From assembly GCA_044337105.1 (NCBI GenBank), contig JBIIOE010000006.1:1-63378 (forward strand): a stretch of DNA of 63,378 bases, read 5' to 3'. The stretch comes from Bdellovibrionota bacterium. GTDB taxonomy: Bacteria > Bdellovibrionota_C > UBA2361 > OMII01. Below are positions 46,434 through 57,477 of the stretch, one piece after another; the first letter of the stretch is position 1, and every line of letters begins with the position of its first letter. The notes beneath the pieces are model-generated. The model made no database searches, had not been told where the DNA came from, and saw only the letters and a list, made by a program, of their open reading frames with translations. The translations under genes and the position numbers were made by a program.

Positions 46434-46817
46434 AGGAATATTCTCCTCTTTGTTTAGGAAGGCGAAAGTCTAAAGAAGATAACGCATACCTCTACATGAC
46501 TAGGCGCAGCGCTTCGCGTCACATCAAAGTTCCCGATAAACAGGGGCATGCGCGCTGTTGGAGGGGAATCCGGCATCATATACTTAGAGCGCGTAACAAA
46601 AATCTCCTCTGCTGCGGCCAGCTGCAAGCTCGCGGGGCTGCGTCTTCGGCTCAAAATGTGCTCATCGTGCCACAGAGGGCACGTCTCCGCGCCTTTTGAG
46701 CCTGCATCCTTGCCCCTCGACCTTTCGCGTGGCCTCGCGACGAGGATATTTTTGTTACGCGCTCTTAAAAGACTTAGGCGTTTGACGGGCCGAAGCGTTA
46801 TACTGGGAAGAGAGGGC

Positions 46818-48611
46818 ATGTCGAATCCACCAACAAGTCATGCGCCGCCGCTGAATCGCGGTCATGTCGACGCAGGCCATGACCCGCGCGGCGCTCCAAC
46901 CTGCGACCCGCCGCAACACGCTGCTGAAACGACGATTCATGTCGTCGATTCCCCGGTTGCTGTTCTTCCCTCTCAAACTCCTCCCCCACCATTGAAGCCC
47001 CCTAATATAATCGACGAAATAACCAGTTCTCTTCCGCCGGGAATTGAATTGCACCGCGCGTATCGGTTTCAACCTCCCTCGTTGAAACGAGATAAGTTGG
47101 AGCTTGCTGTTCTCAAGGTTCACACTCCCGAGCATCTTGAAGCGAAGCTCGCGGATTGGCGTCGCTCGATCGAAGAGGAATTCCCGGAATTCACCGTCCT
47201 GGTGCGGCGCGTGCAGGTCGACCAGAATCTCCAAAGCAACCTTCGTAACCGGTTCCGAAGCTCCCCTCTACTTACCGACGTAGCCCTACCGGAGCTCGAT
47301 ACCATGCTCAACTTGCTCTGCGGTTGTCCGCCTGCACCGCGCGCCAAACCACGCCCTACACGTCCGAAGCGGGTAAATCTGCGTCACAAACACATGGTCG
47401 CTATCGATAGCTGCGGCACCGTCGACAGGGAGGACCTAGTCTTCGGAGAGGTGTTATCAGACGGACTCCTGCAACTATCAGTGGCGTTTGTTGATGTGAC
47501 CGACTACGTTTCGTTAGGAGGCGACGTCGACAGATACGCCCTTCGAGTGGGTAGTCCAGTGTGGGGGAGAAGTCGCGTCATTTCTCCTCTTGGTCCCTCT
47601 CTTCGGTGCGGACCCGGGTCCTTCAAAGAAGGGGAGGCACGTGCTGCATGGGTGATAGAGAGTGTAATCTCACCCACCGAGAGTAGGCCGCTCCTCAGCT
47701 CCACATTGAAACGGGCTTGGGTAGTGAACCACGCAAACCTTGACCCTGCGGCACCGGTTGAAGCGTCCCCCCTCACACCACTTGGACGGAACTTGGCAGC
47801 CCTGGCTGAGATTACGCATATTCTCGAGAACAAGCGCTTCTCCTCACGCACGCCCATCCGCATCGATGGAGAGGGGCTCCTTTCGCGCGTGGTGGCTCAG
47901 TGCATGATCCGCGCTAAGCACTTCTTAGGACAGTACGCGGATACGGTGGCGAAGATTCCCGCTATCTTCAGGATTCACCAGTTTCCCTCCGAGGAAACAA
48001 TCATGGATTACATCAACAAGCTCCACGAAATCGGTATACCGGCATCTCTTACCGACTTTGGGCCCGAGTTCTTCTCCGGTGGAATCCTGCGAGCACTAGA
48101 GGAAAAGAGCCATCCTAGTGCCCGGATTCTATCCAATTCTCTGCTGGATGCGTTCATGCTACGCAGCCAGTATTCCACTCGGAATGTCGGGCACTACGGA
48201 CTGGGACTCGATGCATACCTCGAGATCAAGCCACGCGATGCAACTGGCCTCGCCAATCAGCTTCAGCTGGACGCCTACTGCTCCGGCAAGGAACTCCTGG
48301 ACGACGCGGAGATGTCTCGCCGCGCAGACACGCTAAATCAAAAGAGGTGGGACCGAGATATCCGACAATACAAGATTCGCTTCCTTGAGGACCTTACTGA
48401 TCACCTCTCCCATGTGGGCAATGTCTTCTTGGGAACGATCAAGAATAAAAGCAACCGATACCTCTATTGCGAAGTTCAAGGATTTTACAAATGGGGAGTA
48501 CTCAAGGAGCCCATAAAAGAACACCTTCTAGAAGGAGACTTAGTACCGCTACGACTGGAAGGGTTCGACATCGAGCAGATGCGATACGTTTTTTCCTTGT
48601 TCAGAGCATGA
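46818..48611 (+). CDS. RNB-domain (RNase II/R-like) protein with S1-like C-terminus and altered catalytic motifs
   Basis: RVNLR...AIDSCGTVDREDL, VDVTDYV, IFRIH, RSQYS...GHYGLGLDAY. Start reassigned to ATG 46818. Confidence 0.75.
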   Translation: MSNPPTSHAPPLNRGHVDAGHDPRGAPTCDPPQHAAETTIHVVDSPVAVLPSQTPPPPLKPPNIIDEITSSLPPGIELHRAYRFQPPSLKRDKLELAVLKVHTPEHLEAKLADWRRSIEEEFPEFTVLVRRVQVDQNLQSNLRNRFRSSPLLTDVALPELDTMLNLLCGCPPAPRAKPRPTRPKRVNLRHKHMVAIDSCGTVDREDLVFGEVLSDGLLQLSVAFVDVTDYVSLGGDVDRYALRVGSPVWGRSRVISPLGPSLRCGPGSFKEGEARAAWVIESVISPTESRPLLSSTLKRAWVVNHANLDPAAPVEASPLTPLGRNLAALAEITHILENKRFSSRTPIRIDGEGLLSRVVAQCMIRAKHFLGQYADTVAKIPAIFRIHQFPSEETIMDYINKLHEIGIPASLTDFGPEFFSGGILRALEEKSHPSARILSNSLLDAFMLRSQYSTRNVGHYGLGLDAYLEIKPRDATGLANQLQLDAYCSGKELLDDAEMSRRADTLNQKRWDRDIRQYKIRFLEDLTDHLSHVGNVFLGTIKNKSNRYLYCEVQGFYKWGVLKEPIKEHLLEGDLVPLRLEGFDIEQMRYVFSLFRA

Positions 48612-48799
48612 CTCTCTTCGACTAACAGGCCGCGGGAACGTCCGACTAGCCAGCTTGAGACATGTGACCATTTGCTCACTGCTTACTAACACAAGCTCAA
48701 ACGAGCGAGCTTTTGCTGCTATCCGGACTTGCAACCTGCCACAGCTAAGGGGCATTCTAGGGAATACAACATCACCGTCTCGCAATATCAAAGGAAACC

Positions 48800-50320
48800 G
48801 TGAGACTACCGACACTGACTTTATCGAGCATGATTCATCTCGCGTGTGCGACGACACTGCTCTTATTTTCACACGCAGCTTTCGCTCACCCAACTCATGA
48901 CAAAAAGCCCCGCAATATCATACTGGTCATAGGCGATGGATTTGGCCCACAGCAATTGGGCTTGGCGGAACTCTACGCTCTCAAGACCAGAGACAAAAAG
49001 GCTGAGCCTCTCTCTCGCTTCGTGAGAAGTGCGGTCATCGGCACGCACATTCCGTCCGCCGAAGGAACGCTCGTGAACGATTCGGCATGCTCAGCGACTC
49101 AAATGGCGAGCGCTTGTGTGTGCAAGCCTCGGCAGATTGGGCTGGATGCCAAGGGGCTTCCGTGTGGCTCGATACTCCACGAGGCCAAAAAGCGCTTAAT
49201 GAGGGTCGGACTCGTCTCGGATACACAGATCACGCATGCAACGCCCGCAGCATTCTATGCACAGGTCGACGAGCGCAACTCCGAACAACGCATCGCAGAG
49301 CAGCTCCTCGAGAGTGGGCTCGATCTAGCTCTGTCAGGCGGGCGAGCTTTTTTCTTACCTGCAAATTCTTCGTGTCGTACCGCTGATTGCCTAGACGGGA
49401 ATGAGAGCTACGGAGAACGCTCCGACAATCAAAATCTCATCGAGGCGGCTCGTTCCAAGGGATTCGTCTTAGCTCAGAGTGCCCATGAGCTCGATAAAGC
49501 GAGCTCCACACCATTGCTAGGTTTGTTTGCTCCGCACTTCATGAACGATGCTTTCAAAGAGGGGCAGGACGGACAACCCAGCCTAGCAGGAATGACCGCA
49601 AAGGCCCTCTCACTTCTCGATAATCCGCATGGGTTCATCCTCATGGTTGAGGCAGGTCAGATAGATCTTGCAGCTCACCATAACGATGCGGGGTGGGTAT
49701 TAGCGGAGCTGCTCAGACTGAGTGCGACACTCGACGTCATCCAGACTTTCACGCAAAGCCGCGACGACACTCTGCTTGTCCTCACGGGTGACCATGAAAC
49801 GGGCGGTATGGGTTTCAGCTACTATTACCCCACCAATACTCCGCCGGCCCACGGCTTGTCTCCTTCACCACGCAGAAGCGGAGATTCTGACTTTGTCTCA
49901 GCGCACAACCTCGATATCCTTCGAAAGCAGAGCGCCCCTGTACGCACGGCGGTGGAAGCCTTTATGAAACTGAGAGATAGTCAGAGAACAGCACAGAGAC
50001 TGCAGGAGGTAGCTCACTCTACCGCGAATCTCTCCCTCAATTCAGAGATCGCCTCCTGGCTCGCACCTGCGTTAAACGGTGAGGCACAATCACGCAGTAT
50101 ATTTGACGCACTGATCACTCCCTTTTACCCTCGAACGTCTGGCCCTACGGCCCTCCTTGGCCGCGCTCTAGGATCTCAACTCGGTATTGTGTGGGGCACT
50201 GGCACACATACCTCCACTCCCATTTTCGTATTCTCTCATGGACCTCGAAGCGCATCGTTTCAAGGTGTGTTTGAGACGCATGAACTTGGCCAGCGACTCA
50301 AGATACTCCTGGAGAAGTGA
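48800..50320 (+). CDS. Alkaline phosphatase (PhoA family)
   Basis: NIILVIGDG, DSA catalytic Ser, THATPAAF, EAGQID..AH.ND, DHETGG, HT, signal peptide. Confidence 0.9.
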   Translation: MRLPTLTLSSMIHLACATTLLLFSHAAFAHPTHDKKPRNIILVIGDGFGPQQLGLAELYALKTRDKKAEPLSRFVRSAVIGTHIPSAEGTLVNDSACSATQMASACVCKPRQIGLDAKGLPCGSILHEAKKRLMRVGLVSDTQITHATPAAFYAQVDERNSEQRIAEQLLESGLDLALSGGRAFFLPANSSCRTADCLDGNESYGERSDNQNLIEAARSKGFVLAQSAHELDKASSTPLLGLFAPHFMNDAFKEGQDGQPSLAGMTAKALSLLDNPHGFILMVEAGQIDLAAHHNDAGWVLAELLRLSATLDVIQTFTQSRDDTLLVLTGDHETGGMGFSYYYPTNTPPAHGLSPSPRRSGDSDFVSAHNLDILRKQSAPVRTAVEAFMKLRDSQRTAQRLQEVAHSTANLSLNSEIASWLAPALNGEAQSRSIFDALITPFYPRTSGPTALLGRALGSQLGIVWGTGTHTSTPIFVFSHGPRSASFQGVFETHELGQRLKILLEK

Positions 50321-51237
50321 TCGGCAACATGAGCTTTTTTCTTCTGACACTGATAGCGCCTGCGATGTGGGCGTTCGCCAACCACGTGGACAAGTTTATC
50401 GTCAGTCGATACTTCAATAACGCCAGCCTTGGCGCGATGATGGTGTTCTCCGCGCTGATCGGCGTTGTAGTTTTTCCCGTCGCTTTTGTATTTCAAGATG
50501 ACGCTGTTACAATCGGAGCGCTCGCTGCGTGCATCATTATCCTAAACGGCTGCCTCTACCTTGTTGGGGTACAGTTGTATCTGATGGCACTCCGTATAAG
50601 CGACGCCTCAACAGCGGTTCCTATACTTCAGCTGACTCCCGTCATCGCTTTCATTTTTGCGTATCTCGTGTTGGGAGAGACGATCTCGAGAAATCAGATG
50701 CTCGGAGGGGCGTTGGTCATCTTGGGCGCAGTTATTATCTCTTTTGAGAGGGGCGAGGGTGGCTTTAGATGTCGAGGCGATGTTCTCGGACTCTTGTCCT
50801 TGTCGTCCCTTCTTTTCGCGGTGCAGTACCTCCTTTTCAAGGTTTTCGCGATCCACACAAACTTTTGGACTACTATGCTCTGGGAAAGCGTGGGCTTTAT
50901 CTGCTTCGGCATGTTCCTGCTCATCTTTATCAAGCCCTATCGGCGTGACTTTTTCGCCGTATTCGCAAGGCGAGGTTGGGCCACGGGCGTTAACCTTGCA
51001 GGAGAGGTTTGCAACATCACGGGGAAGATAGTTTTCAACTATGTCTCTTTGCTCATGCCAATGACATTGGCATGGATAGGTGTAGGGTTTCAGCCCATCT
51101 TCATCTTGGTCTATAGCGTCATCTTGACACTATTTTTCCCCCGCATCTGTGAAGAGAATGTTCTGGGCGGACACCTTGTTCAGAAAGTTGCGTCGGTGGG
51201 AATCATGCTTGTAGGCGCATGCATTCTTAACCTCTAA
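50317..51237 (+). CDS. EamA/DMT family transporter
   Basis: About 10 TM helices, duplicated half, LGE motif. Confidence 0.85.
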   Translation: MIGNMSFFLLTLIAPAMWAFANHVDKFIVSRYFNNASLGAMMVFSALIGVVVFPVAFVFQDDAVTIGALAACIIILNGCLYLVGVQLYLMALRISDASTAVPILQLTPVIAFIFAYLVLGETISRNQMLGGALVILGAVIISFERGEGGFRCRGDVLGLLSLSSLLFAVQYLLFKVFAIHTNFWTTMLWESVGFICFGMFLLIFIKPYRRDFFAVFARRGWATGVNLAGEVCNITGKIVFNYVSLLMPMTLAWIGVGFQPIFILVYSVILTLFFPRICEENVLGGHLVQKVASVGIMLVGACILNL

Positions 51238-54205
51238 GCCGCTTGCTAAGTGCTTCTGTGCGAACGAACCGCTGGCGCGACCGACGGACTCGCCCTCTTT
51301 CGGGATCGGAGATTTCTAATACTAACGCATACATACCAGGCCTCCTGAATATCCGCCCTGGTATCATCATCGAGAACTTTGCTCGACTGTCGGGCGCAAC
51401 AAGTGGAATGGTCACATGCGTCCCCGATGCTACACGTTCAACCTTGATAGAGAGCGCGGTTGATCTCTCACGCTGCGTCATCGCGGGATCTATCCGCCCT
51501 GTCACCCAAACGCCCTCTCCCCGCGAGATCCGACACGGCCTTCCTACTCCTTGACATGCCGCTCTGCCGCGCGTTCGTACGATTAATGTCGGTCTGCGTA
51601 CTGTTACGTAAGGGTCTACTTCCGGCGTGGGGGTACGCGTGACTAGTGGCGTAGGACTAGGCGTAGGCGACGCAACCTCTCCTACGACTACCGTTGCCTC
51701 GGCGCTCTTTGAAGCACCGAGCTTGTCCTCTACCGTAAGAACTACCTTGTACACTCCTGGCGTTTGATACACATGCTCGACCCGCTCACCGACCCCTTTG
51801 ACTCCATCCCCGAAATCCCAAGAGTGTGCCAGTAACGACCTCTCCGGATCCGAGGAACTAGAGCCATCAAAGCGCGCCACGCGATTAATAATCGGCGATC
51901 GGGGATCGACCCTAATCACGGCGCTTGGGACAAGGTTCTCGTAGAGGGCTTTGTACTCGGCGGGCTCCGTGGTGACCTCGAAGCTTCGCTGTGCTTCACG
52001 TACTCCATCGCTCCAACCTATGAAGCTTCGGTCCGCATGTATGGGAGCTGCAATAAGCGTGCGTCGAGAGCCAACTATCGGATGTGCGATATGCGGGGCG
52101 AGTACCTCTATCTGTTCCTCTGCGTATGCTATCTTCGCGCCGACTGGCTCGCTCGTAAATGACTGCGCACTCCTTTGGGGAAAGATCTCACGACAGATTT
52201 GATCCGCCTGCCCCTCGCCTGCGGAGGCCGACAGACACACCTCATACCAGGTATTGTCTGCATGCTCCTCCGCTACGAAACTACCTCGCGCGCCCGTGAC
52301 CTCTCTCTCCAGGTGCGTGTGATCGTTATGGTGTTGAATGATAGCCCATGACAGGCTCACCTCCGGATTACTACTCTGGTCCTTGAAGGAGGCCCTTCCA
52401 GAAAACTCGATGGTATCCCCTATCTTGTACGTGAACCCTTCAGACGGAGCATCGATGTGGGCCTTCGGCGGTGTCACGCCGGTTCGAATCGTCACACGTC
52501 GACTCGAAGAGGCAAAGGGAGCGCTATTTTCTTTGACCGTAAGAGTGGCTGTAAAAGTCCCTACCTTCTCGTAAACGTGAAGAGGATGCTTCTCCGTCGA
52601 TGTGCCCCCATCTCCGAAATCCCACAGATATGCGAGCTCTTGTCCATCAGGATCATACGTGCCATCGCTTCGGAAGGTTACCGCCAAAGGGATCGAACCT
52701 GCCTCTGGAGAGGCTGATATCGAAACCTTAGGTGGCACATTGGCATCTCCGATGAAGCGAAAACGACGTAGCTGGCTGCTGCGCGTTTTGAGATCCAGAT
52801 ACAGCGCATACATGTTCGTATCTGGTCCTGCCTGTAGATCCACCACACCCAGACCAGACCCTACTTCCTTGGCGAAATCATGGACTGTAGCCTTGCCCAC
52901 CTCATCAAAGGTGAGGAATCGCACCCAGCGTAGCGCATAGTCTGCTATGAAGAGGCTGCCTCTATACCGCGATGGATAGGCCGTGCCTTTGTACACTGCA
53001 ACTCCGGTGATTGAGCCACCTTGATCCTGTCCATCGATGTATTCGTGAGCATAGCTAAACACCGGGCTGCGTACCGCACCTTCGCCCTGTTGATACAACG
53101 GCCTGCACAGGTCTCTTGTACGCGAGAAGTTTGCGTAGGAACGATTGATGAGGCTCGCCGTCTCACCGCTCTCCCCAACGCCTGCAAGCGGCGATACGCC
53201 CCCCTCATAGCAAGGCCACCCGAAGTTCGCCCCCTTACCGGCATTCACCTCCTCCCAACTACTTGAGCCTACATCTCCCGAATATACCTGCCCCGTATCG
53301 CGATCCAGCGTTATGCGAAATGGGTTTCGCATGCCGTATGCCCATACACGCGACCGATTAGCCTGCGGCTGCGCCGGGTCGAAGTAAGGATTCCCCGGGA
53401 GACCCGCTCCTGTGTCGGGGTGTATGCGTAGAATTTTACCTGCTAAAGAGTTGAGCATCTGCGCGCGAAGGGCCGGGCGATTGGTCCCGTCGTAACTCGA
53501 TCCATCCCCTAACGACACGTACAGAGACTTATCCTTACCGAATATCAGAGTACCTGCCGAATGTGATTTTGCATCGGCCGGCAGACAGTCCTCGACTGGC
53601 TCGCCATCTATACCGAGTCCGGTCATGCACGATGCCGGTTCCGGGATGATCCCCGAGTTTTTGTCGAATGGCGCCGCGACCCACTCTGACAAGCTATTCT
53701 TTCCGAGGATGATCTCGGTGGAGCCTGGCAGCGCCTCGTTATAATCCTTCGAAGCATCAGCAACGATTCGAATCAGCCGAATCACTCGTGGCTCAGACGA
53801 ATCAGGGATCCGATCAGGGGGGTCGTACACGTACAACATGTAGACGAAAGGGCGTGTAGGAAAGTCCGGATCGACGGCGAGCCCGAGAAGGCCTCGATCC
53901 GTATTTCGATTCGTCATCGCGGAGATGTCGGCAAACGGGACAGGCAGTAATGTGCCGTTCTGGGCAACTCGAACGATGCCATCTTTCAATGCGATAAAGA
54001 CCTTGTTGTCCGGAGCAAACGCTATCGTTGTCGCGATCGGAAGCCTTTCAAGGACGATATCTTCTACGAATTTGTCCGGCGTAGTGAACTCGGATTGCGC
54101 TCGCGCTTCGAAACTGCACACGAGCAAGATCATGAAAATTACTCGTGCCAGCAGAACGCCCGAGATTGCTTTTGCTCTTTTGTTCGGTTGGAAACTATAC
54201 GTCAT
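51227..54205 (-). CDS. PQQ-dependent glucose/sorbosone dehydrogenase family protein with two PKD domains
   Basis: DRGLLGLAVDP, GKILRI, YGMRNPFR, DVG...WEE, NFGWP, two WDFGDG PKD motifs, PT linker. Confidence 0.9.
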   Translation of the reverse strand: MTYSFQPNKRAKAISGVLLARVIFMILLVCSFEARAQSEFTTPDKFVEDIVLERLPIATTIAFAPDNKVFIALKDGIVRVAQNGTLLPVPFADISAMTNRNTDRGLLGLAVDPDFPTRPFVYMLYVYDPPDRIPDSSEPRVIRLIRIVADASKDYNEALPGSTEIILGKNSLSEWVAAPFDKNSGIIPEPASCMTGLGIDGEPVEDCLPADAKSHSAGTLIFGKDKSLYVSLGDGSSYDGTNRPALRAQMLNSLAGKILRIHPDTGAGLPGNPYFDPAQPQANRSRVWAYGMRNPFRITLDRDTGQVYSGDVGSSSWEEVNAGKGANFGWPCYEGGVSPLAGVGESGETASLINRSYANFSRTRDLCRPLYQQGEGAVRSPVFSYAHEYIDGQDQGGSITGVAVYKGTAYPSRYRGSLFIADYALRWVRFLTFDEVGKATVHDFAKEVGSGLGVVDLQAGPDTNMYALYLDLKTRSSQLRRFRFIGDANVPPKVSISASPEAGSIPLAVTFRSDGTYDPDGQELAYLWDFGDGGTSTEKHPLHVYEKVGTFTATLTVKENSAPFASSSRRVTIRTGVTPPKAHIDAPSEGFTYKIGDTIEFSGRASFKDQSSNPEVSLSWAIIQHHNDHTHLEREVTGARGSFVAEEHADNTWYEVCLSASAGEGQADQICREIFPQRSAQSFTSEPVGAKIAYAEEQIEVLAPHIAHPIVGSRRTLIAAPIHADRSFIGWSDGVREAQRSFEVTTEPAEYKALYENLVPSAVIRVDPRSPIINRVARFDGSSSSDPERSLLAHSWDFGDGVKGVGERVEHVYQTPGVYKVVLTVEDKLGASKSAEATVVVGEVASPTPSPTPLVTRTPTPEVDPYVTVRRPTLIVRTRGRAACQGVGRPCRISRGEGVWVTGRIDPAMTQRERSTALSIKVERVASGTHVTIPLVAPDSRAKFSMMIPGRIFRRPGMYALVLEISDPERGRVRRSRQRFVRTEALSKRLRG

Positions 54206-54449
54206 ATCGCGCTACTCACTGGGTCGAGGCAATTCGCTCATGTGCTTGAGCGTTGCTGCGGATAGTAGCGCACGCAGAAGTAGTTAAAGCTGCGCTCGGT
54301 CACACACTTGAAACAGAGGCTCCTCGTGGAATCGAGTGGGGGTATCCAGGACAGAAATAACGCATGTCCTTGTCTCGGCCTATACACAACACCTTGTCAC
54401 ACGCACAGCCGGAAGACGCTGGTGTAAGAAGGGAAAGCCTCGCCGACGC

Positions 54450-56708
54450 TTATCGATAACCGGAAAAAACAAGCTTCTCGTCTTCGAGTCCGATAATAAC
54501 TTTACCGCCGTGCTTCAGGGCACCAAAGAGAATCTCATCGGCCAGTGGATCTTTGATCTCTCGTTGAATCAGTCGTCCCATCGGTCGCGCTCCGTAGACT
54601 GCGTCAAATCCCTTCCTCGCCAACCACTCTTGAGCATCGCGACTGACATCGAAGGTTATCTTGCGAGCTGCAAGCTGCCCTTCGAGTTCGCGTATGAATT
54701 TCCCGACGATTTGAACGATAACCTCCATGGGAAGCGAATTGAAGAATATCGTTTCGTCCAATCGGTTGCGGAACTCCGGCTTAAAGAGGGTCTTAATCGC
54801 AGAGTCGCGAAAGTTATTCGGCTGCGCGTTACCAAAGCCCAGGGCGCCTGCCTTTTCTGAGCCTGCGTTGGTGGTGAATATAACTATGACATTTCTGAAA
54901 TCCGCCTTGCGGCCCTGGGAGTCAGTAATCGCGGCATCATCCATTATCTGCAAGAAGATGTTGAAGACATCCGGATGAGCCTTCTCAATCTCGTCGAAAA
55001 GAATCACTGCATATGGATTTTTTCTGACCAGATCGACAAGCAACCCGCCTTCTTCGTAGCCGACATAGCCTGGCGGAGCGCCTGTAAATCGAGAGACGAG
55101 GTGCTTGTCATGATACTCGCTCATGTCGAAGCGATGAAAATGAACGCCTAACTCTTGAGCAAGGACACGCGCTACCTCGGTCTTACCTACACCCGTAGGA
55201 CCAGCGAAGAGGAAGCTCCCTATGGGCTTGGCTTCAGACTGAAGACTCGCGCGGCTACGTTTGATAGCTCTCGCTATCGACTCCACCGCCTTCTCCTGAC
55301 CGAAGACCCGTCGCTTGATATTCGCTTCGAGATTTCTCAAGACCTCCTCGTCAGAGCTACTAACGCTCTTCACAGGAACCCGTGCTATCGCCGAAACGAC
55401 TTTTTCGATCTGATCCTCTCCGATCACTTTGCGACGTCTACCACCCGAGGCCAGAGAGTTGGCAGCCCCGGCCTCGTCGATGACGTCGATCGCTTTGTCA
55501 GGCAAAAATCGCTCGTTAATGTGCTTCGCCGAGAGCTCCGCTGCCGCACGTAATGCCTTAGCGGAGAAAGTCGTCTTGTGGAACTGCTCGAAACGGCTCT
55601 TGAGCCCCTCCAAAATCTGAACAGTTTCGTCGACCGTCGGCTCGGGAAGATCCACAGTAGAGAATCTGCGACTAAGAGCACGGTCTTTCTCGATACTCTT
55701 CTTGAAATCCGCGTGGGTAGTGCTCCCCATGCATCGAATCTCACCTGATGCCAACGCAGGCTTCAGGAGATTTGCCGCGTCGAGAGACCCCGTACCGGTT
55801 GCTCCCGCTCCAACTATCGTGTGCAGTTCATCAATAAACAGAATCGACTTCGGTCGGTGTTTGAGCTCGGTCAAAACGCGCCGAACTCTATCCTCGAATT
55901 CTCCGCGAAACTTCGTTCCTGCCACTAGGCTTCCCATGTTCAGCAGGAACACATCGGCGCCTTTAAGGTGCTCGGGAACATCCCCGGACACGATCTTGGC
56001 TGCAACTGCGTTGGCCATAGCGGTCTTACCGACGCCGGGCTCTCCCAAAAACAATGGGTTGTTCTTCTGTCGCCGGCACAAAATTTTGATTGTGCGCTCG
56101 AGCTCACTTTCACGGCCGATCACAGGGTCAAGCTTGCCTGCCTTCGCGGCGCTCGTGAGGTTCTCTGTGAACTGTTCGAGAGCAGACCTTCCCCTGCGCT
56201 CGGTAGTTATCTCCTCCTCACCGTCTTCCTCGGAATCGGGAAGAAGTTCGTCGTCACCCCCAGATAGTTTGGATATTCCATGAGCTAGAAAATTGAGGAC
56301 GTCGAGACGGGTGACGCCTTGCTTGGCAAGGTAGTACACAGCATGCGAGTCCTCCTCCGAGAACAGAGCAACCAATACCTCTGCTGGAGTAATCACATCT
56401 TTTTGAGCCGAACGCATATGCATGATCGCTCGCTGAAGGACTCGCTGAACGGCAGGGGTCTGAGCTGGCTCAGCAGCAACGGCCTTGGAGCCTTTGACGG
56501 GAACAACCTCGACGTGCTTATCGAAGAACGTTTCGAGATCCTTCCGAAGCTGTGTGATATCGGCTCCAGTATGCTGCAGCAGCTCACTTATCTGCTCATC
56601 GAAGGTGAGGGCATACAAAAGATGCTCCAAACAAAAAAATGCGTGACGCCGTGACGACGCCTCTCTAAAGGCAGCCTCAAGAGTCAATCCGAGCTCCGTG
56701 CTGAACAT
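54450..56708 (-). CDS. clpA: ATP-dependent Clp protease ATP-binding subunit ClpA
   Basis: Two AAA+ modules (GEPGVGKT, GPTGVGKT) without an M-domain. TAATG coupling to clpS places the start at 56708. Confidence 0.95.
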   Translation of the reverse strand: MFSTELGLTLEAAFREASSRRHAFFCLEHLLYALTFDEQISELLQHTGADITQLRKDLETFFDKHVEVVPVKGSKAVAAEPAQTPAVQRVLQRAIMHMRSAQKDVITPAEVLVALFSEEDSHAVYYLAKQGVTRLDVLNFLAHGISKLSGGDDELLPDSEEDGEEEITTERRGRSALEQFTENLTSAAKAGKLDPVIGRESELERTIKILCRRQKNNPLFLGEPGVGKTAMANAVAAKIVSGDVPEHLKGADVFLLNMGSLVAGTKFRGEFEDRVRRVLTELKHRPKSILFIDELHTIVGAGATGTGSLDAANLLKPALASGEIRCMGSTTHADFKKSIEKDRALSRRFSTVDLPEPTVDETVQILEGLKSRFEQFHKTTFSAKALRAAAELSAKHINERFLPDKAIDVIDEAGAANSLASGGRRRKVIGEDQIEKVVSAIARVPVKSVSSSDEEVLRNLEANIKRRVFGQEKAVESIARAIKRSRASLQSEAKPIGSFLFAGPTGVGKTEVARVLAQELGVHFHRFDMSEYHDKHLVSRFTGAPPGYVGYEEGGLLVDLVRKNPYAVILFDEIEKAHPDVFNIFLQIMDDAAITDSQGRKADFRNVIVIFTTNAGSEKAGALGFGNAQPNNFRDSAIKTLFKPEFRNRLDETIFFNSLPMEVIVQIVGKFIRELEGQLAARKITFDVSRDAQEWLARKGFDAVYGARPMGRLIQREIKDPLADEILFGALKHGGKVIIGLEDEKLVFSGYR

Positions 56709-57022
56709 TACGCCTCCTCCATCACGCATCTGAGCGGAAATCCTTCAGTCCGCGCTCTCTGGTGAACTATCTCGATCTTAGCTTCTGCAATCTGTTTGGA
56801 GAATACTCCAGCAATCCCTCTCCCGTTTTTATGCACTTGGAGCATGATCTGGACCGCCTCGGATGGTGATTTCATAAAGAGGGTCTCGAGGATGTGAACC
56901 ACGAATTCCATCGTCGTATAGTCATCGTTCAGGAGTAGCACCTTGTACTGCTTCGGCGTTTTAGTCCGAATCGCCTCATGAGTAGCAACATCTGACTCAT
57001 GCTCTGAACGACGCTTTGTCAT
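56708..57022 (-). CDS. clpS: Clp protease adaptor ClpS
   Basis: YKVLLLNDDYTTMEFVV, MLQVH, FPLRC. Confidence 0.97.
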   Translation of the reverse strand: MTKRRSEHESDVATHEAIRTKTPKQYKVLLLNDDYTTMEFVVHILETLFMKSPSEAVQIMLQVHKNGRGIAGVFSKQIAEAKIEIVHQRARTEGFPLRCVMEEA

Positions 57023-57477
57023 AGTTTTCAGTCAACCAAAAACATTTACGCTTATCCGATCCACGCCGGCGGTGCGCTCCGTGCGCAACTCACAATCATT
57101 GAACCTCGTCGATATGCATGCTCACAAGCCCCACTGACACCGCAGAGTGCTTATAACGAAGTTATGCCAGGCCCGATCTTCTGCGAGTCTCGCGCTTGAG
57201 CCTACTCCCTATAAGAGCACAAAACCGCCCCACGGGATGTAAAGAGTTTGTTGAGCCAGTAGTTATAAGGATATGGAGACCAACTCGGCTAGAAGAGAGG
57301 GCCTCTTCACGTATAGTGCTGTACATGTGGTGCGTTAGACCGGTTTTGAAAGCTTCTCGCAGGTGCTTGAACTCGATAGTGCTTTGATCAAAAGAAGCTC
57401 TCGCGAAGTCGAGTTCGCGCCTGCTCTGGCCCACCCAACGTCCGGCCGCAGAGTGGAGTCCTTCCAGAATGCGCAGA

